Source: Kudoa neothunni | Taxonomy: Eukaryota; Animalia; Cnidaria | Direction: 5' to 3' | Assembly: GCA_964304625.1 (NCBI GenBank) | Contig: OZ199838.1 | Span: 11,495,608 to 11,559,607 of the forward strand | DNA: 64,000 nucleotides | Part shown: piece after piece, positions 40,527 to 52,989 of the stretch | Layout of the letters: every line of letters begins with the position of its first letter | Numbering within the stretch: position 1 is the stretch's first letter | Notes under the pieces: model-generated | The model's input: the letters and a program-made list of their open reading frames with translations, nothing else | Told to the model about the DNA's origin: nothing | The model's database searches: none | Made by a program: the position numbers and the translations under genes

Positions 40527-41794
40527 CCCTTCAAGTATAATTGGGGTATTTTATTCTCTAGGCGACATTAGTTATCAATTTTCTACCACATTAACTAGTG
40601 AAAAACTTTCGGCAGGCAACCTATTGCTCGAAAATTTTCTGTAGTAAAGTTACAATAATCAACAAACTATTTCATTCCGTAGAAAAAAAGTTAATGCAAA
40701 AACACCCTCCAAGTAAAATTGGGGTCTTGGACCCAATGATTTTTTTTCATAAAATTATTCAAAATATTGATTTAAATGTTTGGGGGAACTTTTAAAAAAT
40801 TCTATCGAGTAAATATATTTTTACTGCACGAATATCATATCTTAATCTACATTGCACATGCATCATAATTAATTTCGATGATGTGTTCAAATGAGCTTAA
40901 TAGTAATTACTCCGATACCGAGTCTTCAGACATATTTTCCTCGTTTCATGATTATTTATCGTTAGGAAAATTTAATATTGATACAAATATACAACTCAAC
41001 TCATTAATACACAAGAATGGAACGTTATTATCGATGAACCCGCCGTTGACATCTAGAACATGTGTTGCAAATATTATGAATAGTCGCCCTGGTTTCTCTC
41101 CGTTTTTATTACAAAATACAACTGATACTTTCAGAATAATATATTAGTCCTGTTATGTACGTCATTACTTTAAACCATACCAGTACATGGGTGGAAAACT
41201 TTTTGGTGATGGATAAATCAAATTGGATGGGTTGATTAGCTGTTTATTTCCGATGGGATATCACTGGGATAATCGAGAATCGGTGAAAGAGATATTTGGG
41301 TTAGATGAAGGAGAGATATATCGTGATTTATTCTCATGAAATAAATTTCTCCAAATAATACGAGTTTCACATTTTGATAGTATAGAAAATATTGGGGTAA
41401 AGTAATCCGGAAATTTTTGCCATTTTGGTGAATTACGGCATATTTAGGTGGATTTTTTACGCGTCGTTTCGGCCCTAATGAACATTTCAAGCGTATCCAT
41501 GTTACATGTTTTATGCAATAGTCTGTGCCAGGATTATGATAAGTTTGATCTCTTTAGGCGGAAATTAAATAACGAATTAATTTTACTAAACGAGCTGAAT
41601 TAGAGTTATGTTTATAGAAAATATGTGATCTCAAAAGTGATACATACGCTGTGGTTATAATATTTTTTTATCATTCGCACATGCGCCCACAATATTACAT
41701 TATGTCATTTATGAAATTACTGAATATATAATCGATCAAATATTTTATCAAATAAAAACGTGGGGTCTTTTGGACTCCAATTATACTTAAATGG
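40527..41794 (+). mobile_element. Internally deleted piggyBac element
   Basis: TTAA then CCCTTCAAGTATAATTGG, with degenerate inverted end CCAATTATACTTAAATGG. ORF 40878-41147 (KNGT...NIMNSRPG) resembles the N-terminus of the 13.7-16 kb transposase. Confidence 0.75.
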
Positions 41795-41839
41795 TGTAAA
41801 TTTTCATGTGACTTAGAAGGTTTAAGGACGTTGGCTTTG

Positions 41840-42125
41840 TGAGACCTGAAAATTACTTGCCCTTCGATGGGTTCCGAAGATTCCAACTCCTATTTAAGCT
41901 CACCCCACCCTCACAGCGAGCGTACACTGTAACCACAGCTTCCAAATATGGGATAGAGACCCACCGACACGGAAGCAGTAGTCTGACCACCCGCGGATTC
42001 GAGCCCATATGTTATCTCTCCTGAGCTAATAGGTTTTTTCCGATAGCCTCATTGGACGCCCTGGTCCTAACCGATAGCACGCAATTTTCTTAAAGTCCCG
42101 AGGGGATTACGTACTGCCGATTACC
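41840..42125. other. GC-rich non-coding island of unknown nature (SINE, retroelement UTR or structured RNA candidate)
   Basis: Clear GC step relative to the flanks. Minus strand has a B-box-like GGCTCGAATCC and hairpin-forming segments. Confidence 0.3.
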
Positions 42126-42397
42126 TACTGTATAATTAACCTTCTAGTTAACTTCTCTGGCACCTGTGCAGAGCGGTAATAATGTTGTCTAAGTTAGTGT
42201 CTTATTAACCGTACAGCTTAAAACGCGTCAAAATCAAATATGGTATATTATTCTTATTAAAAATAATAAACATTAAAATCATAGAAAACGTTAGCTTAAA
42301 CGCAACGGGAAAAAACATTATAAAAGTTTGAAAGATCAATCGTATGCATAGAAAGATTGTTTCCGTCCATGTGTCAAATGATTTTATGGCAGAATAA

Positions 42398-43210
42398 TTA
42401 AAGGTCATCCAGCATATTTATACGTGCTCCAAGATTTTTCTTTTTGAATCTCGAACGGCTTTCTTTTTGGTACTATTCCGGGTGAGTCCTCTTTGAAACA
42501 ACGAATCATTTTCTGTCTTTATACTTGCTTTTACGTTGAAAGATTCACGCAGTTTCTATATAAAATATTAGTTTAGCAAGTTATCTCACATCAAATATAA
42601 TTGATATAAAAAGCTAAACATACTGCGAGTTTATTGGCTACTTCATCGCGATCAACCAATTCATCGTTCATCGGTACATCGCAAGTTTGGACTGATGAAA
42701 ATTTATCCATATTTACTCTAACTATTAACTACTTAGATTCCACGCTACGTGGAACATATCGAGTATTTACCGCCGTCTTCATCAGATGATTTCCGTTCAG
42801 GTTTATTTATTGGACTGAAGTTAGGAGGAGACATCGCAAGAAAATCATCCTATATGATTTCATACATTAAATAAAAATATTTATTGAGATATGTCATTAA
42901 AATATAAGTTTTAGTTTAATCTATATAGATACAATAAGCGAATATCTCATTTTCGGTGTGAGAACAACGATAAAGAATGCTTTCTCTATCTTGTTCATAT
43001 CCGCAAAATGACTATGTTCAGCTGTAAGAGGTTTATGAAATACACATTAATTTACATAGATATTAACGTTAATCGTACTTGGCTGGATGGGTCGTAGTTT
43101 TCGTCTCTATGGTCATGATGGGAATCCATTATGGTGTTAGGGACTTAATAGTCGTGAAACGTGTTTATTGAGCCACTACCTAGTTAATTTGAGCTGTTTG
43201 ATATTGATTC
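42398..43210 (-). CDS. Possible small-exon gene of unknown function (3' part)
   Basis: Four in-phase GT-AG exons give ...HFADMNKIEKAFFIVVLTPKMRYSLI|DDFLAMSPPNFSPINKPERKSSDEDG|VRVNMDKF...ANKLA|KLRESFNVK...MLDDL*. 5' exons not resolved; no family recognised. Confidence 0.4.
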
Positions 43211-43919
43211 CTATAAAATAGAGATGCGTTTCTGGTTCGATTAGTCTTGTGATCAACTAAAGCTAATTCAAATCGGAAAATATTTTGGCAAGATCCGATT
43301 ATCTGGTTTACGATTCGTACTTAAGGTCAATAGTGGATGAGCACTACGGTGATTTTATCGAAAATACCTTCTTCTCTATTATTTTTAATGAATTCTTAGA
43401 TAGTTTAATCGATAATATATATTCACGGTTGTTTGTCACATTATGTCAATATCGATATTTGGTATATTTTGCGGATAATTGATACTTACACTTAATTATA
43501 ATCAGAGCTATCACTTAAGTCACGCTCGTTCGAGTTACTCTATTGGATTGCTGCGGATTATTACTTACTAAATAAATAAACCAGCTATGGAATCAATCGT
43601 TTCAGGAAATTTTAAATGCCTATATGTATTTTTATTACTTCTTCGAATTAATCTGATTTAATGGTAGCGATTTGCAACTGCGCGATGTTGGAAAATTAAT
43701 TGAGCCTAATTGTTAAGAGTTTATGCAGTTTTTGACTTTCCCACCGTTTGTTTCATGTTCACAATCAGATAAAAACAAATTATAATTACAAATGAAGAAT
43801 ATTTTTATTTGCTGAAATTTTTGTTTATAACAGAATAATGGATAATTAAATCTACATTAATATTTAAAAAATAATAATTTTATCGCAATTATTCCACTAT
43901 TTTTATCAATCGAGCTAGT

Positions 43920-45972
43920 TGTCGTGACCTCTATATAATAATATAATAACTTCAATATTACGATCGGCCGTCGCCGCGGGACGGGTATTATCAATTAACA
44001 AATCGTGGTTTATCGCTTGCCGCCGCTTCATTACATTTGGTGTCGGAGGTCTAACTGAGAACATGAAAGTAAAAGAGATAAATTTCGACATGCCAATAGA
44101 CGAGCAATTGGAAGAATTGGAGGCGAGGTCTCTTATAAAAAATCACACGACCGAACAACATTACGCATTTCTACTACTGGCCATACCTATCCACCAGCGT
44201 ACAATTTTAAAACCCTCCGAGAATGAAAAACTTGAGCTGGGTCCTGTCTAGGCATTGAAGAGGAGGATAAGAGGATACTATGCAAGTATCACGAGCACAC
44301 AAGGCCAATGGACTACTTTTTTGAATGAAAAGATAAAATCAGGAGAACGAATCTAAGATTTTGCAAATAGAATTGTTCTTCGTCTCAAAGCGGCAAGACC
44401 AAATGCCACCGCGGATGATATAATATTCTTCCTTAAACCAAACATTGTGGAAACTGTTCCAAAAGTCTAACAACCGATATTGAATACCTAATCCACTGGA
44501 AATATGGCAATGCTCATAGAGAAAGCCCAAGCGTATATAAATACGAATATTATAGAATCAACTGATACCTTCGCATCTATAAACACCGTAAAGCAACCTA
44601 TGTATCCTACCCGATACCACAACAATCGTGAATGTTACAAATGTGGGAGTAGATATCATTTGAGTGACGAATGTAAAGGTCTTGTACGATGCTATATATG
44701 TCAAAAGGTAGAACATGTGGCAAAAAAATGCTTTTTACGTTCGGGAAACGTAAAAAGGGGCAGGCCTACTCTCGAGCCTCGCTCCCTAAATCGCCGAAAT
44801 CAGAAAGCACTGTATTCACAACAAATGATCTTCACAAAGAAGGTTCACACGAATTATTTATGACCTGTGAATTTCCAGGACCCAAAACATTATTTAAAGG
44901 CTTGGTTGGTATTGGATTGAATATATTTGAATGTCCTTACATGTTTCTCTTTTCTGCGTCTGGCGACAAAATTGGGGATTCCCATTTCATCCCTATTCAC
45001 ATACACACCGGAAAATTTAAGCTTGATTACAGAGCGTTTATTGTTGAAAATCTAGTATACGATGCTATTATCGGAAGGGATTTTTTGTCCGAACACTGTG
45101 ATATTACTATTGATAAGAAATTATCTAATAACCACTGGAACAGTGTTTCACCAAGGAATTACTTGATAAATACAATAAAATCCCCGGATATCGAGGTCCT
45201 TAGTGTGGATCGACCTGTTGAACGAATCGATGATTTGCCTTCGGTCGGGAAATACGCGGTCCACAAGATTGTAACTAGTGGTCATGAACCAATTTCATCT
45301 AGACCCTATAGGGTTCCTGTACATTACGTACATGCGGTAGACAAGGAAATAGAAAGAATGTTATCTTTGGGGGTTATAAGACAGTCGAAAAGTGCTTGGT
45401 CGTCTCCAGTCATAATAGTGGAAAAGCAAAACGGCGATCTGCGTCTGTGCGTAGATTACAGGAAGTCGAATGATATTACGGTGAAAGATGAATATCCATT
45501 ACCTCTTTTGGAAGAAGTATTGGATTCACTTGGCGGTGCAAAAATTTTCTCTACCCTTGACTTACAATCTGGATACTGGTGAATATCATTGGCACCAGAA
45601 GATGTAGAGAAAACTGCATTCATCCATGGTCGCGGGCTTTATGAATTCCTTAAGATGCCTTTTGGATTGTGTAATGGACAGACTACTTAGCGACTTGCCC
45701 TTCGTTATAGCCTATCTTGATGATATTGTCATATTCTCAAAATCCAAATCCGAACATATGGACCACGTTGATAGGGTATTGAAGAGGTTAGACGCGACAA
45801 ATTTGAAAATTAACAAGGAAAAATCCAAATTCTGCAAAAATGAGTTGGCTTATTTGGGATTTGTAATTTCTAAAGATGGAGTTCGGAATGACCCTGATAG
45901 AGTGAAAAGTATATTGGAATGGAAAGAGCCAAAATCCAAGGATGAGTTGCAAGCTTTTTTCGGCGCTGTTAA
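43920..45972 (+). mobile_element. Ty3/Gypsy LTR retrotransposon, 5' part (LTR, PBS, gag, protease region, RT), pseudogenised and truncated
   Basis: Candidate LTR TGTCGTGA...TCATTACA (43920-44035), PBS TGGTGTCGGAGGT at 44038, two CCHC knuckles, RT motifs SAWSSP, LRLCVDYR, STLDLQSGYW, YLDD. Contains stops and frameshifts. Confidence 0.92.
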
Positions 45973-48400
45973 CCTTCCGAGCGTCTTGGGGTAAAGTTGG
46001 CCCCAAACGATTTTGTTTTGTGTTTTATATTGTCTTATAAAGCTTCAATTATTTTAAAAATCAAGCTATATTCCTATAATATGCTTTTTCATCTGGAATT
46101 GAAAAAAATTTAGAAATAATATATTAGATAGTGAAATAATTAAAACACTTACATATCCCTTCTTTGGGGTCGAATTGACTCCAGTCTATTTTTTGGGGGA
46201 ACGTAAAGATACATGCACCATGCCTTTAGCAAAAATTTTTTGTTTAAATTAAATTTTAAGAGGATTTTATCATAGAATATAAAGAATAAAAGTCAAAAAG
46301 ATGATCTACGAAGTTTCACCAACATATGTGAGAACATACATTTTGAAAATGGGTGATTTTGAGTATGGGTTCTGTTCAGGAAATGATTCCGAAGCAAGTG
46401 AAATAGACGACAGTCTACATTTATTTGATTCTTTATCAGAATCCAACAACTCTGACAACGAAATAACGCAAAAACAGACAACCTATTCCTCGGCAAAAAT
46501 GGAATTGTTTGGTACTCGATTACACCAAAGATCACAAAAATTCAAAAGGAAAATATGCTTCATCCGATCCCAGGTTTAACTGCCTATGTGGCGTCAGTAA
46601 TTAGAGAAATATCGGATACATTCTTGATATTTTTTGACGATGAAGTAGAAACTCGGTTACATGCGAGCGCATGCACAACAGCCTGCGCTAAATTTAGCAA
46701 CAGCAGGGGATACATATATTAGGATCAAAACGCAGCGTGGTCGAGTTAAGATTTTCTATAAAGACCATTTTTACAAAAAAGGAATGCTTAGGAGTGAATT
46801 TCAATGCTGGAAGCGTGATTTAAGGAGCTGTAACGGGAGTATATCTACCCGTTTTGTGGGAGAAGTAGAAAAGATAACAGTACATTCTCCTCACAACCAT
46901 TTTGTAACTGAAGAGGAAAAAAAATAAAGATTTTTAATTCAAAGATAAAGGATTTGGCTGAGAATAGCCAATATTCTACCAGACAGGTGTATGAGATGAG
47001 TACTGCCGAACAAAAAATTGAAGAAATGTCCTTGGTTCCTCAACAGAATGTTTGTAGAAGTATTCAGAACACTAGAAAAAGGAAGAACATACAAATTAAT
47101 ACAGAAAATAATTTAGTGACCAGCGACATAAGGACCCTGAGAGGAGAGCAGTTTTGCTTGTTCGATTCTGGCACTCTTTCTCCCAATAGAATAGTTATTT
47201 TTTCAACCCAAGATAACCTTAATCATCTGAAATATAGTGATACCTGGTTAGCAGATGGAACATTTGAGGTGGTTCCTAGTGAATTTTATCAACTTTATAC
47301 GATTCACGGAAAAATTTTTGGTAAGATTTTTCCATTAATATATATATATATGTATTACTGAGCGATAAAACTGAAGTGGAATATGACAATATGATTGATT
47401 TTATAAAAAATAAAAAATGCATTGATCTTCCGACGAACATCATTGTTGACTTAGAGCAATCGGCGTATAATTCGTTTAGAAAAGATTCAAACAATAACGT
47501 TTTTTTTGTTTATTCCACTTCAGTCAGTGTATTTTGAGGAAAGTACAAAATCTTAGTCCGTCCAACGGTTACCAAAATGATTGCACCTTAAAACTATTTA
47601 TAAAATGTATATCATCGCTGGCTTTTGTGCCTCCTGAACACGCAAGTTTAGAATTTGGTTAGTTGAGGGAAAAATCACTTGAATTTACTAATTATAAAAA
47701 TTTATCTTATTATTAGATTATTTTGAAAATTTTTTTTATAAAAAGTCCGAAATATGATATAACTTCTTGGAATACTTATGAGAGGGTCAAAAACGGGGTT
47801 GATTTAATCACGAATGCAGCAGAATTATTTAATAGGCATTTTTATGCACGTTTCGGCAAATCCAATTAAGGAATATCAACATTTGTTGAAAAGCTTAAAA
47901 CACATCAAAGCGTTATTGAGCAAAAAATTAATTATTTAATGTGCAACCCTGATGATGGAAGAAAGAACAATTATTATAAAGAAAAATCGGAGAAATTGAA
48001 AGTAATATGCAATAATTACCCCAAATATTACGTGCTTAATTATTTGGACGCTATCTCAAAAACATATTTTTTTGAAAGTGGATGATGATTAAATCTTTAA
48101 TAATTAAATATATTGATATCTATAAATGTTTTGTGTTTGTACGCATGTGCGAGTTACCTAGTTTTCGTTCTGCGGTGCTAGGAGATTGTACAAACAACTT
48201 TATTGTGGAGAAGCGCGGCGTACGTGGTTCACCATCGAAATTCTTTTACGCAGAATCATAAAAAATCGGTTCGGAAAAGTAGATAAAAAAGGTGCTGATT
48301 GAGTATAAAACTAAATGAACCCCATAGTCAATATATCCTGAAATACATGGACAACAACCATACCATCTTCCTGGAAGCAATCAGAAGAAATCTCCAAAAT
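45973..48400 (+). mobile_element. piggyBac relic inserted into Gypsy pol and itself interrupted by a MULE
   Basis: Begins right after TTAA (45969-72), with GGGGT..CCCC subterminal palindromes. Acidic N-terminus then LGKNGIVW...PGLT...FLIFFDDE; apparently resumes ...CTN... after 48166. 3' end not found. Confidence 0.7.
46648..48166 (+). mobile_element. FLYWCH-MULE (Mutator-like) transposon, decayed
   Basis: FLYWCH-like TQRGR...FYK...W...C...HNH and MULE core WLADGTFEVVPSEFYQLYTIHG. Degenerate inverted ends GAAACTCGGTTAC / GTTACCTAGTTTTC; no TSD seen. Confidence 0.82.
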
Positions 48401-50149
48401 GAATTTATTATTGTAGAAACTGGGAAAACACTAACTGCTTAGATAATTTTCATTACAAATTGAAACGAATTTCGATCGTCTCATCAACTAGAAATTCGCC
48501 GAACAATACCATAAATAGAAAGAGTCATTTTTTAAAGTTTTTTGTTGGATCACATTTGATTTAGAACCCGCCCCGCTAATCTTTCGGCTTTTTAGGAAGT
48601 AAGAACAAGTCGGCTTAAGACCTGCTACCCTCTATAACAGTGTTTCCCTACAGGGAATGGGGGAGTCACTCTAAAATAATTTTGACAATTAATCTTAATT
48701 TATTCACCTTATAATTTTCTTTAAATTCCATTAAAATCATGTAAGGACGTAATGCCTACAATAATATTTCTGGTTGTTTTGATATTATTCAGTTTCGGTT
48801 CAAAATTGGGATATGATAATTTATTTAATAATTTTTTCTGTTTGATTCTACGAAATAGCGCAATAATGAAATAGTTTATATTAAGCCTGTTCAACTTGCA
48901 AAATTAAACTATCGCTATTTTCATGTAAAATCGCAACTTTGTTATCCTTTAAAATAACATTTATATTCTTAAGCTGTAATTAGGTTGTCAGTATTTTTGT
49001 CTATTTAGAAATAATCTATATCCATAAAAATAAAACCTCCATCTAATTTTAACGTTGTGTTCTGTTTAAATTTGAGATCTATCATTTAATTGTATAGTTT
49101 TTATTATGCCGTTTTAAGTTTTACTTTCGAATTTGTACCTTGCCTCTGATATACATATATGTTAAATTGTTCTTTAAAGTGTGGGTAAAACATGGTCGAA
49201 TCATTCATTTATACACATAAATAAATGAACGCCAATTTTAACAATATATATTAGTTATTTTATTCAAGTATATTTAGAAGGCATATTGTTGAATCTATTG
49301 TGTTTTTAGTAACCCACTGCCTCAAAATTTAAGTTAACGTACGACTCAATATAGAATAAGGAGGTCGCTAGATTTATTCAGCACAGGATAGCGTATGAAA
49401 CAAGCTTAGTGACTTCATTATATACAAAAAATAAGTATTGGAATTCATTAAACCCCGAAAACAAATTTCGTGTTTCATAGTTCCACAAAATGTCCTGCTT
49501 TGAATTATTTATGTAAACCCAGCGGGAGCAAGGGAACAGCCAGATCAAATAAATACTAAATAACAATTGATTTGGAAATAATGTTTCTTATGAACTATAC
49601 GAATTGCCTATTTTTATTTGGCTCGTTTAACTTTCACCTTTCGGTACAGAACTTATTAAGCGGCCATACTTTGTATAGTTTAGTACTACGTTTATCTTGA
49701 TTTTTTGCGTCTAATATCTTGGAATAATTATAATAACTCAATTTTTTAGAATTATTTATTATTTCACATAAAAATAATATATATATATATCAGCAGGAAT
49801 GAATAATGGCTCCAATCATTTTGTGTTAAGTCATGAGTGATGAAAAGATTATGTTCATCCTTTTTCAATTATACATAGAAAATTGAGTTAACCGAAACAT
49901 TTTGGTTTTAATTTATTTTAGAAGTAAATGGGAAAATTCGAAATTAAAATATAAACTAAATAATAAAAAATTTTATTTTAAGACATTTATCATTGGTATT
50001 ATTATTTTCGCATTTAAACAAAAAGTATAATTGGGTCTTGACATTCACATGGAGGAGGGGGTGCGAAGTGAACGCTGAAATTAGGATGGGTGTGGGGGTG
50101 TAAAATTTGTAGGAAAACACTGCCTTTGAGTATCTTGATAATGCCATTT

Positions 50150-52400
50150 TAGATTACTAAAAATCAAATTTTTGTAACTTTTATAAGTACCAAGCCAGAA
50201 CTATTTCGAATATGCGAGGCAGAATTACTAAATCAGTCAACCAAACACTACGCTTTTATGAGATTACTTACTGTTGTATTTTCAGTGGTAAAAACAAACC
50301 AAAATCTTGTGGCAGTAGAAATAAACCAACTTTAAGGGGAGACTGCACAGTTAAAATATCACTTAGGACTTATGTCGATGAAACTGTTCTTGAAGTGCGT
50401 TCTTGCATGTTAGATCATAATCATGAATCAAATGAAGTTTTTTGTCCAAATTTAGAAATCGGTTAGAAAAAGAAAACATGGTGACACAAAGTACAACAAA
50501 ATAAAAGGATTAGGGCAACTAGCAGTTTATTTGGGGTTTATATACGATGAATCATTATTAGCGCCAGCCGCATTGTGGAGGAATCATCGGGAAGGGAATG
50601 ACACTTGGTGTGTGGAAGACAGGGAGACAGATATGAATGATTTCCCTTTACCATTTGGTAGATGAGTGCTTAATACAATTGGGATAATTATATAGAGGAT
50701 GATTGTTCTTGATTTTGATGGTATTTATTATTTACAGTGGACTCTTCCAAGATTTCGTCGTAGCTGAGAACAGATTATGTACATAACAGAAGTGATATAC
50801 AGAAATTTATCAAAACAACGAAAAATAGATTTAGATGATCAAAATTGAATTTAATTGATTCACCTAGGGGCAAATATAAAATTGATTCAGTCTAAAATTT
50901 AGTTTGAAATCGGAAAAAATGTTCGTCTCAAGTCTATCCATAATATTAGAGTAAATAATCATTTGTTCCCCTTAACCTAGATGCGATAGAAAAAGTTTTA
51001 AGAGAGGATCATATCTGCTACGTTAGAATTTTATATGATAAATATAACATTGTGAACGGAATTTTTTTCAGATAATACAATTAAATCCTTCTTGCGGTTT
51101 TATCCAGGGATGATGTTTGTAGATGCAACATACAAACTTCTTAATTTAAGGTGATTACAAAAATTTGAATCTATTGTAATCATAGTTTTAGAGCTCCATT
51201 ATATCTATCTGCAGGGGTAGATTCTTTTGGGTTAACACACATCACGAATGTGTGTATACTCTATGAGGAGACTGCAGCTGCTATTCAATGGTTTTGCGAT
51301 GTTTTACCTAGAATGTTACCGACGGTTCGAGACAATGTAAATACAATCGTTGCCGATAAGGATGAAAAATTTAGAGAATGACTAAAAAGAAGTTTTCCAC
51401 TCTCATCGTGTATACTTTGTAAATTTTATGTCATGAAAATTTTCCGAAGGTAAGTTACCAATAATAAATTCTCAAGTTCTACTAGTCGTTGTCAATAAGT
51501 TTTAACATGTTTACAGAAGATGATTCACTGTAATGATTACATTGAATATAAAAATTATGTAGACCAAGTTCATTCAGTTGATAACGTTAAATGGAGCGAA
51601 TATTTTCAAAGGAACTGGGGATCAATTTACAGTGAATGGAGTATCGGTATCAGTGATGCAAAAAACTTTTTTGACAATGGTACCATCAATCGAATTGAAG
51701 CAATTAATACGAAAATTAAAAGCGTTGTTCATAAATTCAGTACTTTAAGTGATTTTATTTGTAACTTTTTTAAAATTTTGAATACCTTCCGAACAGAAAG
51801 GGAGGTTAGAACAATAAGTCAATTGTATTATGTTTCAAATGAAATATTTAATGTAGAATATCCATTTTCTACAAAAAGCACTTGACAAAATACGCCTATA
51901 GTAAGTTGAGAGATCAAATCTCATTATTAAATGACGATAACGTATTGACAAGCTTTAATGGAACTACAAATCCATCAACATGTTCATGTTTATTTTATCG
52001 ATCATTCTCATTACCATGCTGCCATGGGTTAATGTGTACATCTATGAAAAAGTTACCTCTTTTCTCCGAAGATTTGTGCCATGAAAGATGGACAAAGTCA
52101 TATAGAACGACATTCTTAAAAACAGGTCCAATAACAGAAAATAACAACGGACCAACTTCTACTATTATTGATAAAAAAGCAGGTTAAAATAAAAAGTTTC
52201 GCTCAAGAGTTTAAATATGGGACAACTTTTACAACAAAGTTGTCTAATACAACATCAGAACACTGTGGATACTTTTTTGATAAATCAGTAAGATCAATAC
52301 ATCTTTTGGAAAGGATAATAAAAAACCACGATAACACAATTATTGATAATTTTCTTGAGATATATGATTATTGATAATTGTTATCATACTTTATAATGTT
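50150..52400 (+). pseudogene. MULE/ZSWIM3-like transposase-derived pseudogene with SWIM finger
   Basis: YEITYCC...C...HNH N-terminal finger, FVDATYKL, IVADKD, INRIEAINTKIK, SWIM CSC...LPCCH. Multiple stops and frameshifts, plus a ~300-bp insertion. Confidence 0.75.
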
Positions 52401-52989
52401 ATTTAGTTGGGGAACTATTGGAAACCGACGAAATAGTAATTGTATTCTAATTAAATTGCATTTTAACCATATTAGGAATCAGCCAATGAATAAAGTGAAA
52501 ATTCGTCACATATGATATCAAAAACTCCTTCAAGTACAGAGTACAATGTTCGAGAACGAAAAATCACTAATCAAGATGGATCAACAGCAATCATGGAACA
52601 ACCCCGATTGAAAGTAATAAGTAAATTTTAATTTTGATAATTTTCTTTAAAATTTAAAAATCCCTCCAAAAATAAAATCTATTGATCGATCAGGAGGTAG
52701 ATATTTAACTACTATTGGAGTCAAAAATAAAACAAAATAATACGTTTTCACCATTAATTCGTGTGAATTAAGAATATATGTTAGAAATTGTTATCGATGT
52801 CAATTCATTATTCACGGAAAACCTATATGCGCATATACGCATATGTAAGGATGTAATCATAAATTACATCTGTTTAGTTAAAATATCTTCTGCCTGAAAG
52901 AAACGAGCGCAAATATAAAAACTATCTTTGTTATATTTAAATTCTTAATTTATTACTATATTTGGGGATTTACGTGAAATAAATATCAG

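Noticed and set aside
41970-42040. tRNA or RNase P RNA gene
   Set aside because: Only isolated box-like words (GGCTCGAATCC, CAGACTAC); no cloverleaf or complementary P4 partner found.
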